Below, piece after piece: positions 1 through 12,448 of a stretch of DNA of 64,000 nt; positions within the stretch are counted from its first letter, which is position 1, and each line of letters begins with the position of its first letter. A model generated the notes under the pieces. The model saw nothing but the letters and a program-made list of their open reading frames with translations, ran no database searches and was not told the DNA's origin. This stretch comes from Basidiobolus meristosporus CBS 931.73. Its lineage: Eukaryota > Fungi > Basidiobolomycota. A program made the translations under genes and the position numbers. The stretch lies in assembly GCA_002104905.1 (NCBI GenBank), contig MCFE01000270.1, forward strand, positions 1 to 64,000, written 5' to 3'.

Positions 1-702
1 AAAACAATCAAATATAATAAAATATGCCTACTCTGAGTATTCCTCACAAGTAGTGCCTCCAAGGTCAGTTGGCTGTCAGCATGGTTTCCTGGGAGTATTG
101 TCAGCTCTGAGTCAGAAAACAGTGGTAATAGGCAGCAGTGATCTCACTAATCAGTAAGTTGGAATATTGGAAGAGTAATGATTTATTTTTAAGGGATAGC
201 CTCCCTTATATACTTTTTTTGCTGCTCAAATTCTTACTAGAAAATACTTTCCGGAAATTTCCAGAAGGTAGTAGACAGCCAATCATGTTATTGTGTACTA
301 AAAATAGCGCAAATTCTTGGCGGATTGTTCCTTGAGACATAGTGCCACCTAGCCAATCAGATAGTGGTAATATGAAACCTCTGTGTCATGTAGTTACCTC
401 ATATGGTAGTTGGATAGGAGAGTTATGAAACCAGGATGATCACATGATATTGGCACTGTTGGGGGTACTTGCCATATATGGTAACTATCTTATCTTGGCA
501 TCTTGGCAAGGAATAGGAATATCTTGTGCAATGGGTCAATAGTACAAATAGTTTGCCAGGTTGCATAGTAATAATCACATAGACAGATAGAAAATATTGC
601 AATTTGGGATGATACTAATATAGGGGGGGTAATCCTTTTTAGGGAAGTGAATGTATGGGATTGAGCACATCTGCCTGTGGGTGTCACTGTGACCCCACTA
701 CA
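1..702 (-). mobile_element. LTR of family L, partial (runs off the window start), inserted in CACTA accessory ORF
   Basis: Reverse complement of 38946-~39660. Ends ...GACCCCACTACA on + (TGTAGTGGGGTC on -). The flank GCGG (703-706) resumes CACTA ORF2. Confidence 0.85.
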
Positions 703-1031
703 GCGGAAACTATCAAATGCAGTAGAATAAGGGTGCAATGGCTAAAAACCAATAGCTTCCTCAAGAGCCCATTACAAGCAGGGCCAAAAGCTTCAAACAA
801 GCATCAAAAAGGCATCAGGTAGTTAGATAAAGGCAAATAAGGGAAAAGCATGCAGACACAAATGCACCATCACAACATCTCCCAAGGAAAAAGCACAGTT
901 CTACTCAAGAAGCATTTTGACAAGATAGCAGTGAAAGACCTGGCAGTGATAAAGGAAGATAAAGGGGAGAAAGTCTTCCTAAGCCAGAGACAGGGAAGCA
1001 TGAGAAAAAGCTGCAGTTCTTGCCAATTAAC

Positions 1032-1378
1032 TGTTGTAAAGTTTGTAATTCCACCTATATACTTACCTAACTTGGTCACATAGATCATTATCTTCAAATC
1101 CTAGAGAATACTGACCAAATTACTTGTAGGAGTTTACTTAGAATATTTCACCAAAATACTAGATACCCAGAATATGAAAATTCTCAAAGTTGTCCAAACA
1201 GCCCCAAACCTTGCACACATGTTCTTGGGACCTTCCTTAACCTATTCTATGTGCTTGCAATGCCAAGGCCATGTATAAGTATAAATACTACTTTTACATT
1301 CAATAAACCATTAAGTGAAAACCACATAATCAACTTGTCCTCCCAATCACTTCCAATATTTTCAAGACTCTTACAACA
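1032..1378 (+). repeat. Copia-1 5' LTR
   Basis: TG...CA, direct repeat of 8762-9109 (roughly 80% identical by eye), followed by the PBS. Confidence 0.92.
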
Positions 1379-1390
1379 GGTTATGAGCCC
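1379..1390 (+). promoter_or_regulatory. Primer-binding site complementary to the tRNA-iMet anticodon stem-loop (half-tRNA priming)
   Basis: GGTTATGAGCCC directly after the LTR. It is the complement of GGGCUCAUAACC of fungal initiator tRNA-Met, the Ty5/copia-type PBS. Confidence 0.85.
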
Positions 1391-1399
1391 CAAGCTGTC

Positions 1400-3192
1400 A
1401 CTCTCTGCAATGTCTAATACTGCTATTACTGGAATTTCTCCCTGTGCTGAAAAGTTGAATGGATTCAACTACCAAGTGTGGAAGGTGAAGATGAAGATGC
1501 TGCTACTAGAAAGAGGCCTTTGGGATATTGTCACAGGAGAAGAATGCACTCCTAAAGATGTGGGAGAGGAAGCCTTGAAGTACCAGAAGAAAGAATAAAG
1601 TGCCTTTAACTGCATTTGCCTTAATGTTACAGACAAATTGCTAATTTAATACTCAATAGCAAAAACAGCAAAGAATGCCTGGAAGGCATTAGAAGACACC
1701 TACCAGTCATGCTCAGCTGCTAAGAAAATGTATCTGAGATCAAAACTCTTTACTACAAAGATGCAGCCAGGAGAAGAAATGAATAATGTAATTAACTGAA
1801 TTAACCTGCTAGTGGATGAGATGGAATCTGTGGGTGTACCAACTACTGATGAGGATGAGATAGTAACTATCCTCAATAGCCTGACAGACAGGTTTCAGGG
1901 CCTTGTATTGGCCCTAGAGTTCAGAACTGAAGATTTGACCTTAAATTACATATATGGAAGGCTCCTAGATGAAGAATTAAGAAAATCAAGCGCCAATAAG
2001 CAGGAAGAAGATAATGCTTTAATAAGCAGTGACAGCCAATAAAGGAGATACCCAAGACCTTTTAAAGGCAATAGCAACCTGTTTTGTAACTACTGCAAAA
2101 GAAAAGGACACACAATAGACTGGTGATTCAAAAAGTGAGATAGTAAGCAGAAATAGCCTGAATATGTAAATGCTGCAACAACTGAAGAAAGACTATTCAT
2201 ATCTGCACTAAGTATAACCACAAACAAGGATTCTCTGATGTAGTATATTGACTCTGGAGCATCTCAACACTTTACACACCCAAAAGAACTTTTTACACAA
2301 TATCAAGAAATTCCAATTATGAAGGTTTTTGTGGGTGATGATAGAACACTTGATGCGGTGGGAGAGGGAACTATCCAAATAAACCTAAGAAGCAGCAAAG
2401 GGAGCTGTACACTGACCTTTAAGGAAGTACTCCATGTACCAGAAATAGCCAAGAACCTACTATCTGTAAGCAAGGCCATAGCAGAAGGACTCAGTTTCAG
2501 CTTTGACAATTCTGGATGCAGGATCACTGATCAAATAGCTGTCCATATTGCTTTGGGTATCAGGGATCTGAATCTGTACAAGTTGACTTATATTCCACTA
2601 TATCTGGAAGCCAATATAAGTATCATATATGAAGAAACACCAATGCTTTGGCACAGGGGATTTTGGCACATCAATTGTGATTATTTGAGCAAAATGATCA
2701 AAGATCATCTAATTTCTGGAGTAAAAATTGATCCCCCAGCTAAATTTGGAGTACTATGAAGCTTGCATATATGGGAAACAAGCCAGACAACCATTCAAGA
2801 GCTCTGGGTATATCAAAACTAAGAAAAAATTAGATCTAATACACTCAGATCTGTATGGACCTATGAAAAATTTATCCTTAGGTGGGATGAAGTTTTTAGT
2901 CACTTTTATTGATGATTATACAAGATACATGTGGGTCTACTTCATGGAGAGAAAGGAAGAAGCTCTGTCAAAGTTCATGGAGCTTAAAGCTGTGGTGAAG
3001 AGAGAAACTGGTGAAAAAATTCAAGTAAATATGCTCTGACAATGGTGGAGAATATACCTCAAAACTCTTCATCCACTTCTGCAAAATTCATGGGATAAAG
3101 CAAGAGACTACGGTACCATACTCCCCACAGCAAAATGGAGTAGCAGAACAAGCTAACAGATCAATAATTGATATGGCAAGATCTATGATCCT
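1400..3192 (+). pseudogene. Copia gag-protease-GAG_pre-integrase-integrase, disrupted
   Basis: ORF track motifs LNGFNYQVWKVKMKMLL, CNYCKRKGH zinc knuckle, IDSGASQH protease (DNA at ~2245), LDLIHSDLYGPM, FIDDYTRYMWVYF, PQQNGVAE. Many stops and frameshifts. Confidence 0.9.
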
Positions 3193-4036
3193 GTTGCCCA
3201 ACTCCAGAGCCAAAATGCTCAACAGTCTATCCAGGCTCCCTCCTACCATGATTCCAAGATCACTTCCACTACCAAGTTTAGTGGCTCCTAGAATAAATTC
3301 CAAGGTTTCATCAATATAGTTAAACACCACTTGTCACTACAAACCAATTGGTTCCCAACAGATCAAGCAAAAGTTGGTTATATCTCTAACCTGCTGACAG
3401 GAACTGCCCAGAAATGGTTCTCCCCTTTGGTGGAAACCAACTCCCCTCTACTCAGCAACTACCATGCCTTCCTCACAGAAATGAAGCTAACATTTGTCAA
3501 CATTGACCAAGTCAGAACTGCTGCCAACAAGATCAAGAACTTGAAGCAAGGAAACAGACCTGCATCTATGTATGCTTCTGAATTCTGGCTACTAGCCAGT
3601 GACTTGAGCCTTTGGGGTGATGCTGCCCTGATTAGTCAATTTCAAGATGGGCTCAATGATGAAGTCAGTGACCTACTTCTCACTCTCCCTGACCCAACCA
3701 CCTTTGGTGAAGCTATTCATCAAGCAATCTGATGCAACAATTGTCTTTTCCAGAAGAAACAGAAATTCCAACATTCTTGTCAGCCAACCTCCTTCCCAGT
3801 AATCCAGTCACCCAACACTAAGCCTGATGACCCTATGCAAATTGACAGTGCTAAATATAAGAAACTCACAAAAGAAGAAAGATCTAGACATCAGCAGGCA
3901 AACCTCTGCCTTTACTGTGCCAGCCAGGCCACTTTGCCAAGTCTTGTCCTAACAAGAAGTCCAGCTTCAAGCTCCTGCAATCATCCACTAAACAATCTTC
4001 TCCTGAATTATTGGGAAACTCCAATGTCCAGTTACA

Positions 4037-7000
4037 ATGACAGGCTTGCAACTCAACCCTCCAATGCAGATTCAGCACATTCAAGAACCATCATACGTTA
4101 CCAAGTTCATCCAGCCCTTAAGAATGCCTGTCAACATCCACATCCCTGAATCCCACCATGTCTGTGTCCTTGCCCTCATAGTTTCTGGTGCTTCCTCCTG
4201 TTTCATTGACCAGTCATTTGTCCAGAAGCACAAAATCACCACTGTCCTGAAGTACTGTCCTATCCAAGTAGATGTTATTGATGGAAGGTCCCTCTCTTCT
4301 GGTGCTGTTACCCATGAGACCCATTTACTCCAGCTGTCCAGTACTGGTCACCATGAGACACTAGCCATCAACATTATCAACTCTCCCCATTACTCCATAG
4401 TCCTTGGAAGCTCATGGCTTAGTCGCCATAACCCAGCTATCACCTGGAAGACCAAATCCTGACATTCCCCAGAATCCACCATGTCCACTCCATGAAACCA
4501 CCTGATTTTTCAGGTAAAGAAGTATCTTTTCCTAAGCTACCCCAGACACAGGAGCCCATCATCACTGAAGGAGCCCCCTTCAATGGAATACCTGCCAAGT
4601 ATCAAGAGTTTGCCCATGTCTTTGACAAGAAGAAAGCCAAACTACTCCCAGCCCATAGACCCTATGATTGTCCCATTGACCTTCAAGAAGGAAAAACCCC
4701 ACCTTTTGGTCCTGTTTACAACCTCTTGCAACCTAAGTTGAAAGAACTCCATGGCTATATTCAAGGAAACCTCCAGAAAGGTTTTATTCAGCACTTTAAG
4801 TCCCCTGCTGGTGCCCCAATCCTCTTTGTCAAAAAAAAGGATGGTATCCTAAGAATGTGTGTAGCCTACTGTTCACTGAAAAAGATCACAATCAAGAACA
4901 GGTACCCTTTACCCTTGAACAACACCCTGTTGGATCAACTCTCTGCTTCCAAAGTATTTACTAAGATTGACCTCAGAGGAGCATATAACCTTGTCAGGAT
5001 CAAGACTGGTGAATGGAAAACTGCATTCAGAACAAGATATAGTCATTTTGAGTATAAAGTTATGCCATTTGGTCTCACCAATGCCCCAGCAGTCTTTCAA
5101 CACCTGATGAATGACATCTTCCAAGAATACCTTGACCAATCTGTGGTTATCTACCTTGATGACATCTTGATCTACTCTTAGACACAAGAAGAACATAATT
5201 CCCATGTCAAGAAAGTCTTGACCAAACTTGACACTGCAGGCCTCTATACCAAATTGAAGAAATATGAGTTTGACCAGAAAGAAGTTGAGTTCTTAGTTTA
5301 TCTTATCAGCTTAAATGGAACAAGAATAGACCCCAAGAAAGTAGAAGCCATCCAGTCATGGAAAACTCCCTGTTCTGTAAAAGAAGTGCAGACCTCCCTT
5401 GGATTTGCCAACTTCTATTGTAGATTTATTGCCAACTACTCCAAGATAGTCACTCCCTTGACAAAGCTTACCCAGAAGAGTCTGCCCTTTGCCTGGAATG
5501 AGGAACAGTCCAAGTCCTTTAATTCCATCCAGAAATCCTTCCTATACGCTCCCCTGCTTGCTCACCCTGACCTCAAAAAAGCTTTCATCATAGAAACTGA
5601 TGCCTCTGACATTGCACTTGGTGCAATCCTTTCCCAGTACAATGACAAGAATGTACTACATCCTATTGCATTCTACTCCCGGAAATTTACTCCAGCTGAA
5701 GTAAACTATGATATCTATGATAAGGAACTACTAGCAATCATTGTTGCCTTTGAGCAATGGAGACACTACCTTGACGGTGTAGACCTTGATACCCAGTTGG
5801 ATATCATCCATTCTTGCCATGACTCAATGGCTGCAGGACGTTTGGGTACTGCTAAACCATGAATGCAATCAAGAGAGACTTCTGGTAGCCCAAGATGATA
5901 TCTCTTGTCAAGGAGTACCTCCAATCCTGTGTTACATGTAACCGTGTAAAATCTGCTAGACACAAGCCATATGGACTTCTCCAACCCTTGCCATTCCCTG
6001 ACCAGCAATGGAAGTCAATTTCAATAGACTTCATCACCAACCTCCCAGCATCCAACCAATTCAATTCAATCCTAGTAGTGGCAGATTGGCTCACCAAGAT
6101 GGCTCACTTCACTCCCTGCTCAAAAAACATAGATGCTAAGGAGACTACCTACTTAGTGATCAAGAACATTTTCCAGCTCCATGGTATCCCCAGTGACATT
6201 GTATCAGATAGAGGACCCCAGTTCATATCATAATTCAGGAAGCACCTCATGCAATATCTTGGTGTGCAAGTCAAGCTCTCCACCGCTTTTCATCCACAGT
6301 AAGATGGCCAGACAGAGAGAATTAACCAGATCATTGAACAATACCTCTGGTGCTATATTAACTATCAGCAAGACAACTGGACCCAACTGCTACCACTTGC
6401 AGAATTTGCCTACAACAACTCATGTCATAGTGCAACAGGTCTTGCCCCATTCTATGCAAATTATGGTTTTCACCCACAATTTGATATTCTGATCCCAACC
6501 AACCCTATGAGCCCTCCAGCTGCTGAACATGTGTTAACAATTCTAGAAATCCAAGAAACACTCAAGAAAGAACTATCCTTAGCCCATGAGGGGTACAAAA
6601 AGTTTGCAGACAACAAATGGCAGCCTAGCCCCAAGCTTAATGAAGGAGACTCAGTATGGCTCTTGAGAAGAAACATTGCTACCAGCTGCCCTTGTGACAA
6701 ATTAGACTACAAGAAGCTAGGTCCATTCAAGATCAGAAGAAACTTAGTCCAATTGTGTACCAACTTCAGTTGCCACCAAGTATGAAAATTCATGATATAT
6801 TCCACATATCCCTCCTAGAATCATTCCATGAAAGTCCTCTACCCAACCAGCACCCAGCAAATCCCCCAGTCATCCAAGTGGACAAACACCAAGAGTTCAA
6901 AGTTCAGCAAGTATTGGACTCAAAGTATATCAGATCCCAACTTCACTATCTGGTAGATTGGGTGGGTTATGGCCCAAATGATCAAACTTGGGAACCAGCA

Positions 7001-7078
7001 GCAAACCTAACAAACTGCCAAGATCTAGTTGCACTATTCCACCTAATATACCCCAACAAGCCAAAGCCAAACGCTTGA
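4037..7078 (+). pseudogene. pol: Gypsy-1 pol (PR-RT-RNaseH-INT-chromodomain), disrupted
   Basis: ORFs 4037-4462, 4492-5181, 5218-5862, 5895-6233, 6507-6785, 6755-7078. Chromodomain KVQQVLDSK...YLVDWVGYGPNDQTWEPAANL. Confidence 0.92.
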
Positions 7079-7105
7079 GGAGAGCCCCTCAAAAGAGGAT
7101 AATAG

Positions 7106-7614
7106 TGTCATGATCACATGACATCCCTGGTCTCCAGTTATCTAGCCAAATCAAGTGAGTGAAGAAATCCCAGTTCCTTCTAGTAAGTTCTACTACATTC
7201 TAGCAACTTCTTGAAAGATCCAAGTCAATATTACACAACAGAACATTCTATGGAAGCATCCCAGTAGAGTCTATGTAGTCCCATACCATATATGTCAACT
7301 ACATCTCACATGACCTAGTCACATGATCAGCTGTCCCCTGACATATCTCCATGTGATATTCCAGTCTGTTCTTTAGTATATTCTATCTTGGCACACTTAC
7401 TGTGCCTCACCCCAGAACCCCATCAGTATTAGCCAATATCTCTTGGCATCCATATTGCCCAAAGTATATATAGTCCTATCCCCCCTTATGTATTCCTCAG
7501 TCTGATAAGCACAGGTCTTAAATAAACAGCCTTGCCTAGTTGATCTACACCTAAGTCCTTTCTAGGTCCAGCCTTGCCTAGCCCTACTCTCCTGCCTTGT
7601 GTCTATTCATAATA
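7106..7614 (+). repeat. Gypsy-1 3' LTR
   Basis: Starts TGTCATGA after a purine tract and ends TCATAATA (decayed TCATGACA). Copia RT resumes at 7615. Confidence 0.75.
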
Positions 7615-8750
7615 GCAAGCTTAAATGCTTCAATATGGTCTTACACAAACACCAAGAGCCTGGAATTCTAAGATAGATTCTTATTTGGAGTCTTTGAGCT
7701 TTAAAAGGAGTAATGCTAACTATTGTATTTACCATAAGCCAAATAGAGCAAATTCAGTTGTATTAGCTCTATATGGGGATGATCTTATTATAGCCGCCAA
7801 TAACCTAGAAACATTGGCAGTGACCAAATCCAGCCTATCTAAGGAGTTCAAGATGTCCAATCTAGGAGAACTCAGTTACTACTTGTGGCTTAGGTTCTTC
7901 ATAGACCAAAGTACCCAGACTATCACCCTAGGCCATTCCAAGTATATTCAAAATATACTAAAGAAGTACCAAATGGAAGACTGTAAACTGGCAGCTACCT
8001 CAATGGAGACAAACCTTAACTTGGTCAAAACTCAACCAAATCAAGAGAGCTTGGTGCCATCTGTAAGCCCTGACTTTCCTTATTAGTCTATGGTTGGCAG
8101 TTGAGTTTATATTATGCTTGGAGCACGTCCAGATATCCCATTCAGTAGGAGTTGTCAGCCAACATAATCAGAACCATGAATCTGATCATGTTGCAGCAGT
8201 TGAGCAGATCTTTAGATACCCAAGAGGAACTGCTGATATATGTTTAAGATACACTTAAAAGAATTTAGAATAGGATCTTGTAGGATACTCTGATGCTGGT
8301 TGGGGACAACATTTGGAAGACAGAAGATCCACCATGGAATACACCTCTCTTCACTGTAATGGAGCAAATTCATGGAATTCAAGAAAGCAACCAACTGTAT
8401 CCCTTTGTACCACTGAGGCAGTGTAAATGGCAGTCTGTGAAGCTACAAAAGAAGCAATGTGGTTAAGATAGCTTCTTATAAACTTAAGCCTATGCACAAA
8501 AATGCCTATTACTTTATTTCAAGATAATCAAGGATGTATACAATTAGGTAGAAATCCAACTTTTCATGCTAGAACTAAGCACATAGATATAAGACATCTT
8601 TTCATATGTGAAGCTATGGAGAATAACTTAGTTAGCTTAGTCTACTGTCCTTCAGATGAAATGATTGCAGACATATTTACCAAACCATTAGCTAGAGACA
8701 AGTTTGAATATCTTAGGTCAAAATTAGGACTAGTCAGTATGAACATTTAG
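7615..8750 (+). pseudogene. Copia RT C-terminus and RNase H
   Basis: YGLTQTPRAW, LALYGDDLIIA, GYSDA, QDNQGCI, RTKHIDIRH, ADIFTKPL. Confidence 0.92.
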
Positions 8751-8761
8751 CTGAGTGAGAG

Positions 8762-9109
8762 TGTTGTAAAAATCTGTATTTCCACCTAATTACTCACCTA
8801 ACTTAGTCACTATGATCATTACCTTCAAATTCTAGAGAATACAGAACAAACTCCTGGTTAGGATTTACTCAGAATATTTTCAGTCAAATACCAGGTACCC
8901 AGAGCATAAAAATTCTCAAGGTTGTCCAAACAGCCCAAACTTTGCACACATGCTCTTGGGACCTTCCTTAACCCATTCTATGTGTTTGTAATGCCAAGAC
9001 CATGTAAAAGTAAAAATACTACTATTACATTCAATACACCATTAAGTGAAAACCACATAATCTACTTGTTGTCCCAAACACTTCCATTATCTCCAAGACA
9101 CTTGCAACA
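8762..9109 (+). repeat. Copia-1 3' LTR
   Basis: Direct repeat of 1032-1378, preceded by a purine-rich PPT (GCTGAGTGAGAG). Confidence 0.92.
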
Positions 9110-9795
9110 TTAATGCTGTAAGCCTAGAACAGACTGAATCTTATCATAGCCAAGAAGAATTACCAACAAGAGAACAGTTGTCTTTACAAGTGTTGGAAGT
9201 GCAGCCAGCTGAGCTACACTATGGTGAGGTAGATGAGTATGCAGAGAAAGGCAAATTGTCTACCACAGCCTCCGTGTCCTCCATTGTTGACAGAGTGGAG
9301 ATCCCACTCCCTATGAGAAATTATTGTAATGATCCCATCAAAGAGCCTTCACAAACTTATAGTCCCAGGACTAAGAGGTACTGATCCTGTCAGAACACCT
9401 AACAGAGACCATTGAAAAATAATTGCACCCCCTATTTCACAGAACACTGAGTCAAAATTTTTCATCACAAAAATGTATAAGTGGCTTTTGATTGGCTCCC
9501 TGCAAATTTGCTCACTTTCTTATCCTGGACACTCTATCACCTCCTACATTTGTGTACATTGATTAGCTATTGCCTCCTTTTCACACTCCTTACTTGCTGA
9601 CTCAAATGTTTTTCTTACTTTTCATGCACACAAAAGGATCTATTTCCATTAAAACTTCAGTTGTACCTCAATTGCCAGTTGTATTGACCTAAACAAGTCT
9701 CTACCCTACACTAACTTTATGCCTAACCCACACGCAACAAGTAACTCAGTTAAAATCTACCACTCAATAAGTATTTCTGATGTAATGCTCTGGTT

Positions 9796-10995
9796 TTATA
9801 GCTTTGGTGGAAACCCAACAGCTTTATGACACTGTTCATTGACTGGTTCCCACATGACCTGGTCTTCAGCCAGCACTGCAAGGTCTAGCACCTCATATGC
9901 CAGTCTTTGCAACAAATCCTTGCAATATTTAAGTGTGTTTTGCTCAGCACAGCTTTTGAAGAAGTGCTGCAACCTCTTGGTTTGCCTATTAATGCTCCAA
10001 AATCCCACCAAAGGCATTGTGACAGTCATTCAAGTTGTTGATGCTGTAGCCTTGTCTGTCAGTGAGATCCCCACTCTGTTAGCAATGGAGGATGTGGAGG
10101 ATGTGGAGGCTGTGGTAGACAAATTGCATTTTTCTGCAAACTCATCTACCTTGCTGGAGTGTAGCCCAACTAGCTGTACTTCCAACTCTTGTAAAAGCTG
10201 CTGTTTTCTTGTTGGTAATTTTCCTCAGCTATGATGGGATTCAGTCTGTTCTGGGCTTGTTGCATTGATTGGCAAGAACTACAGTTTCTTTTTCAAGCTT
10301 CCCTGTCTCAGACTTGGGTAGACATTTTTGCCATTACCTATTCCTTTATCACTGCCAGGTCTTTCACTGCTACTTTGTCTGAGTGCTTCTTGTAACAAAC
10401 TACATTTTTTCCTTGAAAAATGCTGATCTGGTGCATCTGTTTTGGCCTGCATGTCCCATGCTGGCACTCTTCTGGCAGCCTGATGTTTCTTTTCTACTTG
10501 TTTAAGCTCTCAACCATAGTTGTGATGGCTCCTGTAAAAGCTGCAGGTTTTTATCACTGCCAGGTCCTTCACTGCTACTTTGACTGAGTGTTTCTTGAGT
10601 GGTGCTACGCTTTTTCCTTGATAAATATTGTACTGATGCATCCATGTCTGCCTGCTTGTCCCTAATTGGCACTCTTCCAGCTATCTGACAGCTCTTTGAT
10701 GCCTGTCTAGAGCTTTTGGCACTGTCAGCAATGGGCTCTTGAAGAAGCCGCTGGTTTTTAGCCATGGCACCCTTGTTCTACTGCCTTTGATAGCTTCTGC
10801 TATTCTTAAGATACTTTCATACAATACCAATGCTGGCCCAGAATCCATTTGCCCATTTGAATCCAGGATGATGCTCATGGAGCAAGTCAAGTGCACTCTG
10901 CATAGCCTTGAGTTCCTGATGGACCCATGGTATGCAAGCCTTAAGGTGATGGCATGCTAGACTTCTGACAGCCTCCTGAATACTAGCCCACTCTT
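9796..10995 (-). pseudogene. CACTA accessory ORF2, 3' two-thirds
   Basis: Homologous to 22565-24508 and 62146-64000 (e.g. AKNQRLLQEPI, LQRLAYEVLDLAVLAEDQVMWEPVNEQ). Confidence 0.8.
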
Positions 10996-11219
10996 CATTA
11001 TGAGAATTTTGAACGCAATTTATGATGGAAGTAATGGGCAGCTAATTACCAAGTTGGCATGGATGCTAGATGGTCTAGTCTCCTCCAGGAGAATTTGTTT
11101 GCTTGCATGCTCATAAGCTAATAGAAGGGATACTGAGAGTTGTCAATTTTGAGAAACTTGGAATTCAGCTGATATTATAATGGTATTTTGCTGGCCTTTT
11201 CTTAGTTATTTTCTTAGGC
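10996..11219 (-). mobile_element. ~225-bp CCCTA-type non-autonomous element (MITE-like)
   Basis: Reverse complement of 30983-31200, which starts CCCTAAGAAAAT. Confidence 0.6.
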
Positions 11220-11222
11220 AAT

Positions 11223-11590
11223 AGACTTGTTCCGTTGGATAGTGCCACATTGCGCCATGAGTGCCAAATAGTGCCATAGTGTGCCTGAGAGTCATAGCAG
11301 ACCTAAACTTGGCCACAGAGTGTGGCATATGGTTCTTCATATTCATGCAAAGCAGCCCCTGTGTTTCACCTACAGTGCAGGAGAAAATCAATTTTTGAAC
11401 CTTTTTTTTGGGATCAAAATTGTGCATGACATAAAAGAGCACAGACAGACTGAAGATATGCATCTGGTACATAATACCCATGGCACTCTAAATCTAGCCC
11501 CACAGGCTTGTAGCATGTCACAAAGGTGCATGGCAATATCTTGGTCCACTGGTACTATCTGGCACTATATTTAAATATTAGCCCTAAAGT
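11223..11590 (+). mobile_element. PHIS-derived foldback MITE (family M), one arm
   Basis: Starts AGACTTGTTCCGTTGGATAGTGCCAC after AAT. Homologous to the arms at 43510 and 57879. Confidence 0.75.
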
Positions 11591-12448
11591 AGAACCAAAC
11601 TTTGAATCAATTGCCAAAGATACTTTATGGAGCCAAGTGAGCCCAGTAGTTCATCTACTGGTAAGTGATGTAATGTTGTGGCTAGAGAAGTGGTGTGTTT
11701 GCACTAATAGCAGTAATGGGGGCTTTGAAGATTTATTATTACTACTTGCCAAAATCATTCCAGGGTGCAACTTACCATATACACAATTCAAGTGGACAGC
11801 CATCATGTGGCTGGCAACATATAGCCCAAAGACTGTGCTGATCCCAGCATGTGTCAGCAGTTGCATGGCGCTCACATCCAAAAATGCCACCATTGCAATG
11901 TGTCCAAATTGTCAGGAATCCGCCACCATTGAGAGAAAACATTGTTCACACTTCTGGCATATTCCAGTAATACCTTCTATAAAGAGACATATGCAGTCCA
12001 ACAAATATTGCAAAGCTATACAGTACTGCACTCAGTATCAATCAAGTGCAAACATATTCAATATACTTGATGGCAAACATTACAAACAGCTAAGAAGCAA
12101 GTGCTACTTTGAAGGTATGTATGACTATACCTTTGCCTTGGCACTTGATTGATTCTCATTAAACAGTACTCTACCAGCAAATCCTGCTGGCCACTGATTC
12201 TCATCAACCTGAATCTGCCACCCATCCTATGGTATCAGAGTAAAAATTTGATTGTAGTCTCACTGGTATCTGGGCCTAAATGACCATCCACCCTAAATAG
12301 ATACCTATGTCCATTGCTGGATGAATATCCTATTCTTTTCAGCAGGTTAACAGTAAATGGCCATCATCTAAGAGTGCATATTATTATCTGCATTGGAGAT
12401 ACCCCAGCCATCAGCAAGATAGCTGGTTTTTCTGGGCACAATAGACAG

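Larger units (their letters stand above)
3193..7614 (+). mobile_element. Ty3/Gypsy chromovirus (Gypsy-1), 5' truncated, 3' LTR retained
   Basis: gag (AKVGYISNLLTGTAQKW, CLYC), PR, RT ([21 protein letters not shown]), RNaseH (ETDASD), INT (ISIDFIT, DRGPQF, GPFKI), chromodomain, then PPT and LTR. Confidence 0.93.
1032..9109 (+). mobile_element. Ty1/Copia family 1, copy 1 (two LTRs, internally deleted, carries a Gypsy)
   Basis: LTRs 1032-1378 and 8762-9109 (TGTTG...CAACA), 5-bp TSD TTAAC/TTAAT, PBS and PPT present, gag-PR-INT-RT-RNaseH remnants. Confidence 0.92.
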
